Shown in pieces: positions 36,953-50,366 of a stretch of DNA of 64,000 nucleotides (positions within the stretch are counted from its first letter, which is position 1; every line of letters begins with the position of its first letter). A program made the translations under genes and the position numbers. The notes under the pieces were generated by a model. The model worked only from the letters and a program-made list of their open reading frames with translations, had not been told where the DNA came from and ran no database searches. Source of the stretch: Azolla caroliniana (taxonomy: Eukaryota; Plantae; Polypodiophyta); the NCBI GenBank assembly GCA_043228905.1, contig JBHGNT010000007.1, forward strand, positions 18,476,001 to 18,540,000. Reading direction: 5' to 3'.

Positions 36953-37850
36953 AATGCTCATAACTGAGCTCCTACACTAACTCCCAATATATATTCCCTC
37001 ACGGAATACCTGTTCAATGGCCTCCCGGTTTCCGCACCGATCCGGCCAATGTTGAGCTTGTATCTCAAGAGATGGTTAAAATGTGAGTAAAATGGATAAA
37101 ATGTGGGTGGATAAATTTGTATTTGGGTTTTAAAGATTCTTTGTGGATACATGCAAACCGTGTATGCATTGGATGATTTATGAATATGTTTGCATGTTGC
37201 ATTTTGAAAACTTGCATGATTTCTAAATATACCTACCTATTTTTTAGTGAAATCCGAATGTTGGGTTGGGTAAAATGTGGATGGATAAAAAGTTGTTGAA
37301 ATCTAGTATTAGGGTTTAGATTCTTATGGATTTTGAAGTTCATAATTTAGGGTATTTTGCTTGTTTGCATAGATGGTAGCCAGGTTCAAAGAGTTCCTGG
37401 AATGCAATTCTGATTGGGGTGAAAGAAGACCTAGTGAAGGGAGGTATGGCACGATTCATTTTTCAACAATGTTTCTGAGACTATAATAATGATGTGTGTA
37501 TGCTAACTTTGGTTTTGGTTGTAAGGTTTTTGTAAGAAGGGGTATCAAAAGCATTGCATCTGCCAAGATGGAGGTTGAAAATAGCATGGAGGCGGCAAAG
37601 GTAGAGACTAATGAGGTTGTGGACTCCATATCGAAACATGAATCATTAGATCTAGATGTCCCTCGAAAAGGTGAGTTGGTCTACATCCTTGTAATCCAAC
37701 TACAATTATGTATATAATGGTTTATTTTAATGCATATGTCATTACCAATAACAATCGGGAACGGTTTGGTTCAAGAGGGTCAAAACCAAACCACGAAAGT
37801 GTTAAACCAAACCATTAAAAACAATTCAAACCGTTAAGCCATTAAACTTG

Positions 37851-38660
37851 TGTCGTGGGGAATTTCGACTACATGGAGAAAATTCCCCAGATGCACGTGG
37901 ACGGGGGTGTGCATGGATGCACACAAATCCTGTCTTATGTACAAGTGCGTGTAAATAACATAGAACTAATAAGTACTAGAGAGTGTGATTTTGACGGGTA
38001 CTTTAATGACCCATAGAAAGAGAGGAATAATAGGATATTTTGTGAGAGAATCGAGGGAAATCAGGGACAAAAAACAGTTGTCTTTATGTGTGATGTAACG
38101 GCCTCCCTTTATGCTATAAAAGGGGAGGTTTTGAACTTTTTTAGGGGGATCCGCATTTTGGAGAACAAAGTGTTGGCAAACTGAGCTCTGCAGATTTCCG
38201 TTTTCTTTTCATTCTCTGTTTTGGTTTCTGTCGTCATTTTGTGAGGCCTCCATTTGGAGTTGGTTGCCTTTGTGCTCATTATTGGAGGCTCGCTAGAGTC
38301 TGCGTGTGCGTGTGCGTGTGCGTGTAGCAAGCTCGAAGCCCTTTTGTCGGTTGCGTCTGGTTGTTAGTTTCTCTGTTTCTCTGTTAATCATTAGTTCACT
38401 GAGTCTCTCTATGTGTTTGTGATTTCCTGTGTTATTGTCTCTGATCTATTCTTGTTGAGTTTGCGTAACCGAGTGAGTGAGCTCATGAGCTCATCGCTAC
38501 TATCTGGCAACTGGCCCAAAACAGAATACATCTCCGAGTCGTGCGCTCACTATCCGGCATCCGAGTTGCATACATGTCTGGAAATCGATCCAGCGAAGCT
38601 ATCCGGAAACCGACGCAAACAACCTCCTTCTGTCACCGGCTCCTTGGTTCGAGGCTCCAG
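37851..38660 (+). mobile_element. Possible solo LTR or LTR fragment
   Basis: Starts TGTCGTGGGG, has TATA box CTATAAAAGG at ~38114 and LTR-like composition, and is non-coding. No TSD or PBS confirmed. Confidence 0.35.
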
Positions 38661-39245
38661 TGGTGAAAAAACAAATGAAATAATGAAAGAAAAATGAAAA
38701 GACATATACTAGTTCCTAGAACCCTACCTCAGACAGGATGAACTCGATGCAATGAACAACTACTTTGCTATTTCCATTCAGCCTTCTCCCCAAGGCTTAG
38801 TAATTTCCGTCCTCACCTACCTAATCCTTTGGAATCCTTTGGTGACAAAACTTGTTTTGCAGGATTTGCAATGCATTTCAAAGTCATAATGGTATAAATA
38901 TATGGAACAAATAGATAAACACTCTTTCTATTTTATTTTTCTTCATGTTCTTTTGTTTATTGGAGAACTCCCTAAACTTACCCTTCCTAAAATCACCACA
39001 ACAGGAAGTACAAAAATTATAAATGGAAAATGAATCTCGGCAAAACCAATCCAGTTGGAGTTGTCAAACTCGAGAAAAATATAAAATTCTTTGCACGTTG
39101 GAGACCCACTACAAGTCCAAGGTTACTCCATTAGAACTTGTCACTTTTAGATTCTTTATGATACCAAAGGAGGTACATAACATACCCAATATGTTAAAAA
39201 TAGGAAGTGCATTGTCAGAAGTTGATTTGTCATTGATGATGCAAC

Positions 39246-39513
39246 TGACGAGAAATGCACGGAATATCGCTCGGCTACAACTGAGTAGTAAGTCACTTCT
39301 ATAAAAATCAAACACAGAAATGGGACGTGGGAAGTACACAAGAAAAATGACACAGGGATGTTTACGTGGAAAACCCTAGTAGGGAAAAACCACGGGAGCC
39401 CACAGACTCCGAACTATCACTATGAAGAGAAGGGGTACAATCAGAGACTCGGAGGCAATGACCTTGAGCTCTGTTTCTTCGCACAATGGCAGTTACAACA
39501 AAGTATCACTTTG

Positions 39514-39551
<38 letters not shown>

Positions 39552-42500
39552 TCTCTACAACAGTTACAACAATATGACAACAACACAAACGCTCTAAAGT
39601 GATTGCCCTAGACTTAGGGCTATTTACAAAAATAGCCTCAATGGGCTTATTCAAGACATATTTACAACTCTGTCTTCTCTTCCAGTTCTCACCGGGTCCT
39701 CTTTATTCATCACCGGATCCCATCCGGAGAGACCAATTTCCCAACAATCTCCCCCTTCACTCCGGTATGGGATGTCTTGTAAGTCCAATCCGCTTCCGGC
39801 ATGCGTCCAGCTTGTCGGGTGTCAGCACCTTGGTCAACATATCTGACCTGTTCTCCTCCGTGGTTGACAACGCAACCGTCTTCTGCAGCCTCGACCCTCG
39901 ACTGCCACGAAACAGGTTCCCCTACATAGGTCATGACATATCTGGAAGTTGACCGGCCGGTGTCCACATTAGCCGACATATCCGAATCAGTAAAGCCTTC
40001 CATGAGGGGTTTACCGGAGCCGAATCGGAGGCACATACTCGAAGTGCCCTTCAAGTACCGGAGTATCCATTTTACCGCATTCTAGTGCTCTTTTCCGGGG
40101 TTGGTCATGAACTGACTCACCACTCCGACTGCGTATCCAATATCCGGTTGAGTACACACCATTGCATACATCAAGCTCCCGACCGTAGAGACATATGGAA
40201 TCTTCATTATAGCTGCCTTTGTCTTCGGGCTTTGCTTACCGAATAATCTGCAGTTTGTCGAGAGTGTTGATCCGACCGGTTTTGCTTCAGACATGTTAAA
40301 CTGTTGAAGCACCTTTGTCACATACTTTTCCTGTGACAGCCACAATTGCTTCTTCAACCGGTCCCAGATGATGTGCATCCCCAATATCTGTCTTGCCGGA
40401 CCCAAGTATTTCATTGAGAAGGTCCGGTTAAGGGCCTTCTTCAACATCTGTATCTTGACTTGGTCTCGTCCGACGATCAACATGTCGTCCACATACAGGA
40501 GCAATATCAGGAAATCTCCTCCATCAAGTTTCTTCACAAACATGCAGTGATCGGCGTATGTCTTGTGGTACCCTTGGTCGGTCATGAAGGAGTCAAACTT
40601 CCGGTACCATTACCGGGGAGCTTGCTTTAGTCCGTATAAGCTCTTCTTCAACCGGCACACCATGTGCTCCTTCCCTTTCATCTCAAATCCTTCCGGTTGA
40701 TGCATGTAGATCTCTTCTTCGAGGTCTCCGTGTAGGAATGTTGTCTTGACGTCCAGTTGCTCTACCTCGAGGTCCATGCTTGCCGTTATGCCCAATACCG
40801 TTCGGATGGATGTCATCTTTACTATCGAGGCAAAGATCTCATCGAAGTCCACTCCTTTCTTCTGTTGGAAGCCCTTCACCACGATTCAGGCCTTATACCT
40901 TGGTGGATTTCCGGCATCTCCCGGTTTCAGCTTGTACACCCACTTGTTCCGGAGTGCCCTCTTTCCTTTCGGAAACTCCACCAATTCTTATGTGTGGTTC
41001 TCATGCAGGGAATCCATCTCATCCTGCATGACACTCAACCACTTGTGGCTGTGGGTGTCTCCCCTTGCTTCTTCAAAGCTTTCTGGCTCCCTATCACCTG
41101 TTAGCAACACATGCTTTGCATTCGGAAATCTTCAGGGGTCTCTTCTCTCCCGGAGAGGATATCTCTGTCCTTGGTTTTTGACTGTTGGTTCCTCCGTCTA
41201 TTCCTCATCCACATCCGATTTGGGATCTTGTCTAGTTCCGGTGTCTTCTTCAGTCGGTTCTGTTTCTTGTCCGAATCCGGCCGATTCGTCGAGTGTCATC
41301 CGGTTGCCGGCTAACATCCGGTTTTCAACCGGGTATGTCCTTTTGTCCTCAAGCTGGTTTTCAATGGATGATCCGGAGTTCGTTACCTTCTTCTCCGACT
41401 CCCAGTTGGCAATGGTCCTGTCTTCCATGAAGACTATGTCCCGACTCCGGAACACCTTTCTGTCGACCAGATCCCACACCCGGTAACCAAACTCATCATC
41501 GTCATATCCAAGGAATATGCATGGTCGGGACTTCGAATCCAACCTTGCTCTCTTGTCCTTCGCCACATGCACGTGTGCGAGACACCTGAACACCTTCAGA
41601 TGCCGATAAGACAATCCTTACCGGTTCATACTTTCTGCGGTGAGTCTCCGTCCAAGGGTACTGAGGGTGATTTGTTTATCACATAGGTCGCCGTCGTCAG
41701 CGCCTCAGCCCAAAACTTCTTGGGTAACTTGGCTTGTGCAAGCATGCTCCAGACTCTCTCCATTATGGTCCGGTTCATCCTTTCGGCCAACCCATTTAGT
41801 TCCGGCGTCTTCGGCATGGTGAATTGAAGTCGTATTCCCTTCGACCGGCAACACTCCTCGAATTGCCCTAGGTATTCTCCTCCGTTATCTGCTCGAACCG
41901 CTTTCAACTTCCAACCGATTTCTCTTTCCACTCTCGCGTGGAGCTCCTTGAAGATGGATAACACTTAATCCTTCGTCTTCAACGGTGAGACCCAGAATTT
42001 CCGATTGTGGTCATCTATGAACGTCATGAAGTACTGCGATCCAGCATGTGACTTCGTGTCAACTTGACACACATCGGTATGCACTAGCTCCAGTGGTGCA
42101 TTCCGTCTCATCAGTGATCTTGACCGGAAGGAGGTGCGGTTTTGCTTGCTGGCCAAGCAGTCGGTGCACTTCTCAAGTTGCACGTCCTTCACCAGAATGA
42201 GATTGTCTTCGGCAAGCCTCTTCATCCCCTTCTCACTCATGTGACACAACCTTTTGTGCCACAGATCACCGGTAGTGTTGGATGCTACGTTCATATCCGG
42301 GCATTCATCAAGTACAGTGTGTTGACCTTCTGGACTCGAGCCATTATTAAGCTCTCTTTGCAGAACTTCATGACACCGTTCCGGATGCTACTTGTGTAGC
42401 CTTCATCATCTAGCCGACCGGATGATATTAGGTCCAGTCAAACCTCCGAAACGTGTCGGACATCCTTCAACAGCAACTTGCATCTGGTTGATGTTGTCAA

Positions 42501-44138
42501 CAACACATCTCCTATGCCGATAATTCGGCATGTCCCTTCATTCCCCATGCGGACACAGTCGTGCTCACCAGTTGTGTAGGATGAGAAGCATTTCCAATCC
42601 GGGGTAAGGTAGAATGATGCTCCGGAATCGACGACCCACGTTGTCTCGTCGACGGCAAGGTTCAACTCACTCTCCTCGGTAATAAGCATTAGTTCTTCTT
42701 CACTTGCCGCGATCGCCGTCGTTCCCTTTCGGTCCAGGCCTCGTCGATCCGAACCGTTTCGGTTCGGTGACTTCTTCGAATCGGTATTGTTGGTTCCCTT
42801 GTCCTTCCGGAAATGCCAACAGTTCTTTTGGAAGTGCCCCGACTTGCCGCAATAGAAGCAAGTGGGCCTCCCCCTTGACTTTGATTGTGTCCCCGACTTT
42901 TCTCGGTTCTGGGGACTCCGATTCCTTTGTCTTCCATGTTCCGATTCGGTAAGGAGGGCTTTGGCGTCAGAGCTCACCTCCTTGTCTTTCCGACGTGCCT
43001 CCTCATCTAGCAAGCTCGACTTGACCCATGCTAGGGATAGTTGTTTTCCTTCCGGCCCGGCGTTGCCCAACATGACAACTAATGTCTCCCAGCTATCCGG
43101 GAAGGAACCGAGCAGGAGTAGAGCAAGTACCTCATCGGCGAGAGGTACTTCCAATGAGGTTGCTTGGTGTATCAGCCCCTAGAAGGCATTCATGTGCTCC
43201 GCCATACTAGAGCCGTCTTGGTACCAGAGCCTCACTAGCTTCTGAAATACCAAAACCCGATTAACGACATTCTCGTTTTGGAACATGATGTCGATCTTCT
43301 CCCAGAGTTCATGAGCCTTGATCTCTTCATTGAAGTTGTTGTACATGCTCATGTCAATGAAGCACCGGATGTATGTCGTCGTCTTCATTTGCATCACCTC
43401 CCACACCGTGGCGTTGATCTTATCAGGTCTATTGTCCCCGAATTGAACCGGCAACCAAAGATCTTTAACCACTAGCATGTCCCTCATCTTCGACTTCCAC
43501 ACTAAGTAGTTGGAGCTGGTGAGCTTGAACATGCCGCCGAAAAATTCTTCCATTTTCTGTGTTGTTAGCTCTGATATTAGTTTGACGAGAAATGCACGGA
43601 ATATTGCTCGACTACAACCGAGTAGTAAGTCACTTCTATAAGAATCAAAGACAGAAATGGGAAGTAGGAAGTACACAAGAAAAATGACACAGGATGTTTA
43701 CGTGGAAAGCCCTAATAGGGAAAAACCACAGGAGCCTACAGGCTTCAAACTATCACTATGAAGAGAAGCGGTACAATCAGAGACTCGGAGGCAACGACCT
43801 TGAGCTCTATTTCTTCACATTGTGGTGGTTACAATAGAGTATCACTCTGTGTGTGTGTGTGTCTCTCTCTCTCTATCTTACTCTGTACAACAGTTACAAC
43901 AATATGACAACAACACACGCGCTCTAAAGTGATTGCCCTAAGTCATATTTATAGTTATATGAACTTAGGGCTATTTACAAAAATAGCCTCAATGGGCTTA
44001 TTCAAGACATATTTACAACTCTGTCTTCTCTTCCAGTTCTCACGGGTCCACCGATCCGGTTTTCGGATCTCTTCCGATTCTCACCGGGTCCTCTTTATTC
44101 ATCACCGGATCCCATCCGGAGAGACCGATTTCCCAACA
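39246..44138 (-). mobile_element. Full-length decayed Ty1/Copia LTR retrotransposon inserted in the transposase of MULE A
   Basis: LTRs at 43583-44138 (5') and 39246-39746 (3') with TG...CA ends. TSD GCAAC/ACAAC. Mutated iMet PBS (TAATATCAGAGC) at ~43568-43579. PPT GGAGTGAAGGGGGAGAT at 39763-39747. Confidence 0.95.
39765..43553 (-). pseudogene. Copia gag-pol pseudogene (gag, protease, integrase, RT, partial RNase H)
   Basis: CFYCGKSGHFQKNC, WVVDSGAS, LWHKRLCHMSEKG, LVHTDVC, RADNGGEY, NGLAERMNRT, QLDVKTTFLHG, SLYGLKQAPR and LYVDDML occur in Copia order. Many stops and frameshifts. Confidence 0.93.
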
Positions 44139-45299
44139 ACAACATGCCTATGCACTCTGAGATCTAGGCAAAGTGATACATGTCTAACCATACTTGCATG
44201 GTCCAAATGGACCTCCAGCTTGACAACCATTTATCTTGATACTTCAAGATAAATGGATGTTGGAAATGTTGGATAGATTGTCGCAAAACAACTCTTGGGC
44301 AATCAAGTCCACACTTAAACCAATCAATTCAAACTCCCATTATATGCAATTGTTGCACCAAATGCCATGGGAATAGGGGTCCCACTATGGTATATGATTT
44401 GTAGTTCTAATAAGGGCTCAAATCATGAGCACGTAACATTAGAAACTTGCTTGAAAGTCATATTCGCTAGGATGCCTAGGGTAAGGCTTAGAATACTCAA
44501 ACAAATCTAGAGTTTGGCAATATATTGAAAGTGGATGGTGTGGACAAACTTGTGTTTGGAGGAGTCTATGGCCCAAGTTTGGTAGACTATTCAATTATGG
44601 ACATGTTGACACTACCAATCTCGTGGACGGAGAAGGTTCAGTGTTTGCATTGTGATGGTTTGACATTGACTTCAAGAGATTCCAATGCAAATTGCTACAA
44701 AAATTGTGGTTGTATCTTGCCATCCTTTGAACAAGAGCCTTGATCTCATAGTTTTTTATTACGTTACATCATGTGATTTATATATATATAATTGTGCAAT
44801 TTTGTATTTTTGAAAAAGTTTTTGATATTTTTGAGTAATCTTAACATCTTTTTTAAAGAATGGTCTCTTCAGAAATTTCAATCAAATACTTGGGTTAGGT
44901 TCATGTACCTGGGTTAGGTTTAGGTGTTACAAAATAGTTTGTTTGAGCCGGGTTAGGTGTGACAGAGGCCTATCCGAGTCGGGTTAGATGTGGTAGATCC
45001 AATTGTCAAACCTGGGTTAGATGTGACAGAAGCTCGCTAGACCCGGGTTAGATGTGACAAATCCGATTGTCAGAGGCGGGTTAGATGTGATAGAGGCTCG
45101 CTAGACCCGAGTTGGGTTTTAGGCGCGCACTTTTTGTGGATAGAGATTGAACGATGTAGATCGCACGCGCTATTCAAAACATGCCCTGCACCGTCCGTGT
45201 CCACGATTTCCTCACCAGGCCTAATTATGATTTGGTTGCAAATAGAAAGGAGCACACCACATACATACATACATATATTCACACGTACATATATCCACA

Positions 45300-45339
<40 letters not shown>

Positions 45340-46269
45340 ATACATATTGACGTGTCTATTATGACACAAATCATAAAGAGGGCTAGCGAGGGAATCATGG
45401 CCACAAACGATGCAAGTCGCTTAGAGGAAGGCGCATGTGATCTACACCGTTAGATTTTGATAAGAAAGAGGGCGCAAAAAAAAAGTTGTTCAGAGGTCGC
45501 CCAACTGAGTTATATTTTTTAAACGGTTGGGTGACCGGTTTAAGCAGGTTGCGCAACCGCAGGTAAGTTTATATTAAGTTGGTCGCCCAACCAACTTAAT
45601 CATCGAAGCAAGTCGCCCAATTGATGACTATAAAACCCTGAAACCTGCCATTATCTCTCATTTTTTCAAACGAGATTGACAGGTTCTTTTTTCCAGGAAA
45701 GAAAAGTATCTTCAAGGTTTAGGGTTCGACATACATGGCAATCAATCTCATCCCCTACTATTCCCAGGTATTACTAAACCCTATTACATCACTTTTTCTG
45801 ATTTTTTTTACATGTGGAAATGATAGTTGAGGGATTAGGGTTTTGAATAGTTGAGGGGATTTTTTTCTTGTTGAGGGATTAGGGATTAGGGTTTAGGTTC
45901 ATAAGGTACATGGACCGTACCATCACTGAATCATGGAGATCATTGCTCACCATGTCTAATTCGCACAAGAAAACCTAGATACACTTATTGAACTTCGTCA
46001 TAGTCTCATTCCACCACACCAACTAACCTAATCATTCTACCACATGCATTAAGATAATGATGATGGAGCGTTGGGAAATCTAGAGCTTGTATTAATCATT
46101 CAATATGGATGACACATGGATTCAACCATTTTTGCAATCATAATTTATGTCATGGGTCGATTTTGGCCTCTAGTAGATGTTAACATATTTTCTTCATCAC
46201 TTTAAGGAACATCACCAAGCTTTGGAAAGTGAGAAGCCGACAACTTTGACAAAGCCTGTGTTGTCCTAC

Positions 46270-47080
46270 TTGAATAAGAATTCAAACGGTTGTGACAAAT
46301 GAAATCCTTGTGAAACTCAACAATTGCAACATCATCTATGAAGTTTGGGAAAAGCTAAGAGAAACATTTGAAAACACGATGAGTGTAAATCAAGGGCATT
46401 TGATAAGAAATCTAGTGTCTATGCAATTGGATGAATCAAAGAGTGCCAATGGACCCATCTTCACTTTCACTTGCATATTAAAAATTTGATTTAGGCACAC
46501 AAGCCTTCGATGATAAGCATAAGTTGGGAGATATTGTGTCGCTAACAACTTGCAATCTAAGTGTTAGATATGTTCTGGCATTAAAAAAAGCCCAGATTTT
46601 GATTAAAGCCATAAGAAACATAACAAAAAAGCTAGATTTCAGAATAGCCTGACAACCATCGGAGATCACAATGTACACAACCAACTAAAACTCATGTTGA
46701 GCCTGTGAAAATGTTATAATGCGATGTTGGACAACCATTGCATGCACTTGGAGGACATGAGCAACCAATAAATAATGCTGGAAATATGGCTATGAATTAT
46801 GAACAATGGCTTAATGTAGCTTTCATGCTCCCTACTGAAGTAGATCCATGCCTGATAATGCATATCATTGGGTAACAATGTCTACTATATTAAGAAAGCC
46901 TTTACGGAGATGATCCCTCTTTTGCAGTACATTGTGTTCACTGATATGGGTGAGCCTCTTACATCAAAGAAGGCTAGATCATGTGAGCAAAAGTTAAAGA
47001 TGTTTCTTGCAATGCTCTGAAGGAATAAAAGCTTTACACGTGATACTTAGAACTTAGTTGAATTGTTCGATGGTAAGATG
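46270..47080 (+). mobile_element. Highly decayed Copia remnant inside element B
   Basis: Gag-like EVWEKLRETFENTMSVNQGHLIRNLVSMQLDE, then a pre-RT DMGEPLT...NLVEL-like segment; many deletions. Confidence 0.55.
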
Positions 47081-47448
47081 GATGTAAACACTGTTACCCT
47101 CGCTTCAACGACCTCTCCATCAGGAACCAACTTATTTACTTAGTTACATTTATTTTTTGGTTTGCTGTTCTAAAAGATGAGGCGACATTTTCAGTGTAAC
47201 TTGTTGTTTGTCTTAGAGGCCATTTTGGCATCTTATATCCTTCTTTCTTCAAACTCATTGCATCTTAATGTTTGGGATATTGTTGCATTTATATTTAGAG
47301 ATTGATTTGTTTTCAATGTATGTATGATTGCTTGCTTAATCTTAATATTGTGTGTGTTTATGGTTTAATGATCTGCTTGCTTAATTTTAATATTGTGTGT
47401 GTTTGAGTATTAAATTCGGAAAATGTTTGATTACTTGAATGGTGGTAG

Positions 47449-49475
47449 ATGGCTTCCAAGTCCAAGTACAAAGATTGGTGGGATTCCGATAACAATGACA
47501 TATATCGAACTCAAGAGAGGTATGTCACGAACCAATCTCCCCTAATATTGGTAATGAGGTGTGATGCATGTATGTTGACTTGTGATTTGTTAAAGGGTCT
47601 TCGTTAGAAGACATTGGAGAAAATCGTCAGCCAACATGTCTAAGGGTGGGGAGAGAATGGATTAGACACTAATGCTTCATCCACCTCAGATCGAGCTAAT
47701 ACATGCCATGGAAACATTCGACCAAGATGATCCTTCAAATGGTATGTGGATTTGGTGTTGTTGTAATATGTCAATCTTTATGCCAATCTTTATGTCAATC
47801 TTAAATATGTAACACATACAGAAGGAATAGATGCTCCTAGCCTAGACTTGTTGTATAAGGTTGGAAGAGATGCAAATGGGAACAAGGCATGTGTGTGTAT
47901 CTATACTGAGTATTGCCGCCTCTCGCCAAGGTGGTATTGCAAAAAAAGTGACATGGAATCACATTTACACAAGGAACATGGAATAGACATAGTCCTACCA
48001 CGAGGGATGCGTATAGAGGAGGGTACTCCGGGGGCATTCTTTAATAGCTATGAGCATCAGAGATCACTGAGAAGATTCATGGACCCCGAAATCAAGTACC
48101 AAAGAAATCGGCAAACATATATCCGGAAGTTGAAGGTTAGGGCAGTTTCGAGGTACAACTCTATTCCTGCTGAACTCCGTCTTGACATAGAGGTAGAGTT
48201 CGTGGCGCGATTTATGGACCACGAGATGGCCTTATACGACTCCAAAAAGGATGAGCGTTTGGAGATGTTGAAGAAGAAGATTGCATCCGGTTTGGATTCT
48301 TATGTAAGTATGAGCAAGGATTTCATTTGAGATATGTGTTGGAGGGTTTATTGGCAGAATTCAGATAATAACACGTGTCTTATTGTGGTGAAACGGTGTA
48401 AAAAGGCGGGGATATCCACCCAAGAGGGTGTGTCCACAGATGTGAGTGAGGCTCTAAACCCATTTGAACCCATCTGAGGGTGGTGTGTCCACTCCACCAA
48501 GAAGAATACAACAGAAGATGCCAATCCGACGGAAGGAGGTTGAGTCAAACATTGATGTTGTCCCCCTAACATCAGATTCAGATGACACTGCATCGGATGT
48601 GGCCACAATTCAAATTCAGCACGACAAGGGCATCAAGTTGTGGATCCAAACACCGAACAAACACTTTTCCAAGTAGTTTTTATGTGAAATATAAATTAGT
48701 ATCCTATTAACTGTCATTGAGTGTGATATACCTACTCAAACTACATATTCCTATGCATTCAGGTACCAGTTGACCTGCCAACGTCTCGATATGGTCGTTG
48801 ACGTTACTGAGTCAGATCTTGAGACCATGTGCAAGTACAGAGAAATGGCATTAACCTAGACTATGACCTTATTCACATTGTTTATGGAGTACTCGCTGCC
48901 CTGATGTGACAGAACACTTCACCATCGTCGACTCACTGTGGATGCAACTACACTAGCAAACGGTGAAGGGGCAAGCCATCCTTAGGAAGGTGGTTGAACA
49001 TAATTTTAAGTTAATGTTGGTCATGCTTGAAGGCCATTGGGTGTTGTATACAAAGATGCGACAGAAAGTTTCTAAGCTTACCAGCAAAGTAGTCTTCTGT
49101 GATCCATTAAACAACGCAGTGACTGGCAACATGCGGAGTTTGGCAGAGTTGGCGATTGGGACCATTTCATTTGAACTGTCTGACCACACCATTGTGTCCG
49201 AGGGTCGATATCACGTATTGCACATCCCAACTCAGCCAAATTGTTGGGATTGTGGCTTTTACGTGATGAAGACTATCCAGATACTGTTGGATGAGTTCTT
49301 ACGAGGATGGATACCTCCGATTTTTGTAAGTGTAATTGCAATGCCTTTTTCATGTGGATTGTGTATAGATGTGTTCTTCTGCATATTTGGTGACAAGGCA
49401 CAGAGATGTGGTTCACTAAACGCGAAGTGGATTCACTTCGGATTCATGTGGATGAGCGGGCACGAAGGGAACTAG
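47449..49475 (+). pseudogene. Multi-exon MULE accessory gene ending in a Ulp1/peptidase C48-like domain
   Basis: Catalytic motifs LEGHWVLY, FCDPL and PTQPNCWDCGFYVMK (His/Asp/Gln/Cys) at 48963-49325. Upstream exons start at ATG 47449, with homologous exons in element A at 37372-37670. In-frame stops are present. Confidence 0.75.
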
Positions 49476-50183
49476 GATTTGCATTTGTGATCGGTGGCCC
49501 CATATTGTAAATTTTGTGTCTGCTATTTTAAGCACAGATTTTGTTATAGAGTTGATGTTGTAACTATATTTTGGAATCCACACAAATTTTGTATAGCAAG
49601 TATCGACTCATTGTATATCGCGAGTACTTATTAATGGAAAAGTTGTTTACAACAAGTGTTTATCTGCTAAGTTGAGTCAGATGTTTTCAAAGTTGATTCG
49701 AAAAAGTTGATCTCAGTATTTTCTCTGAATTGTGTTTGTTGATTCGAAAAAGCTGTTTTCAAAGATATCAATCGCCCAACCCTCGTAAAAAACATTAATG
49801 GTAATAAACCAGGTCGCCCAAACTGCTTAAAAATAATTCTCTCATAACCCAGGTCACCCAAACCTCTTAAAAATCATTCTCTCATAATCCACGTCGCCCA
49901 ACTTGTTTAAATGTGGAAAACATTATAAGTAGGTTACCCAACCTATATTTACCAGGTCACCCAATCGTTTAAAAAAACAGCTTGTGATCATAATCTAGGT
50001 CGCCCCACCTCTTTTAATATGGTCAACCAACCATAAGCTAGGTTGCCCAACCTGTTTAAAAAACGGCCAAAAAACGGTCATATTAACGTATAAATTAATC
50101 ACATTTTAAGTCACATTAAACCCTAAACCGTCATTTTAATCAGAGCTGATTCCATCTCCAATTAATTACCTCTTAACATCATA

Positions 50184-50362
50184 TTCAATTAATCACATTC
50201 TCTGTCTTAATCAAGTTCAATTAATCACATTCTCTATCTTAATCAGGTTCAATTAATCCCACTCTCTATCTTGATCGGGTTCAATTAATCACATTCTCTA
50301 TCTTAATCATATTCTATAGCTTAATCAAATTCTTATAATCACATTCTCTATCTTAATCACAG
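50184..50362. repeat. 32-bp tandem repeat just upstream of the transposase
   Basis: TTCAATTAATCACATTCTCTATCTTAATCAGG-like units at 50184, 50216, 50248 and 50280, plus a partial unit. Confidence 0.85.
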
Positions 50363-50366
50363 TCAC

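Larger units (their letters stand above)
35043..45252 (+). mobile_element. Decayed Mutator-like element A with nested LTR insertions
   Basis: Diverged TIRs: left GCCTGG..GAGGGAATCGTGGCCAC...ATCTTTATCC at ~35043-35186; right, inverted, GCCTGGTGAGGAAATCGTGGACAC...ATCTCTATCC at ~45120-45252. Subterminal TA(G/A)CCCGACTC repeats at 35210-35470 and 44890-45115. Transposase remnants at ~39100-39245 and 44144-44743 are homologous to element B. Confidence 0.7.

Noticed and set aside
40746-41486. 246-aa plus-strand ORF
   Set aside because: Antisense shadow of the Copia pol region.
45836-45898. GGGATTAGGG/TTTAGGG telomere-like motifs
   Set aside because: Only 2-3 degenerate units inside a MULE. They fit telo-box-like promoter motifs, not an interstitial telomere.
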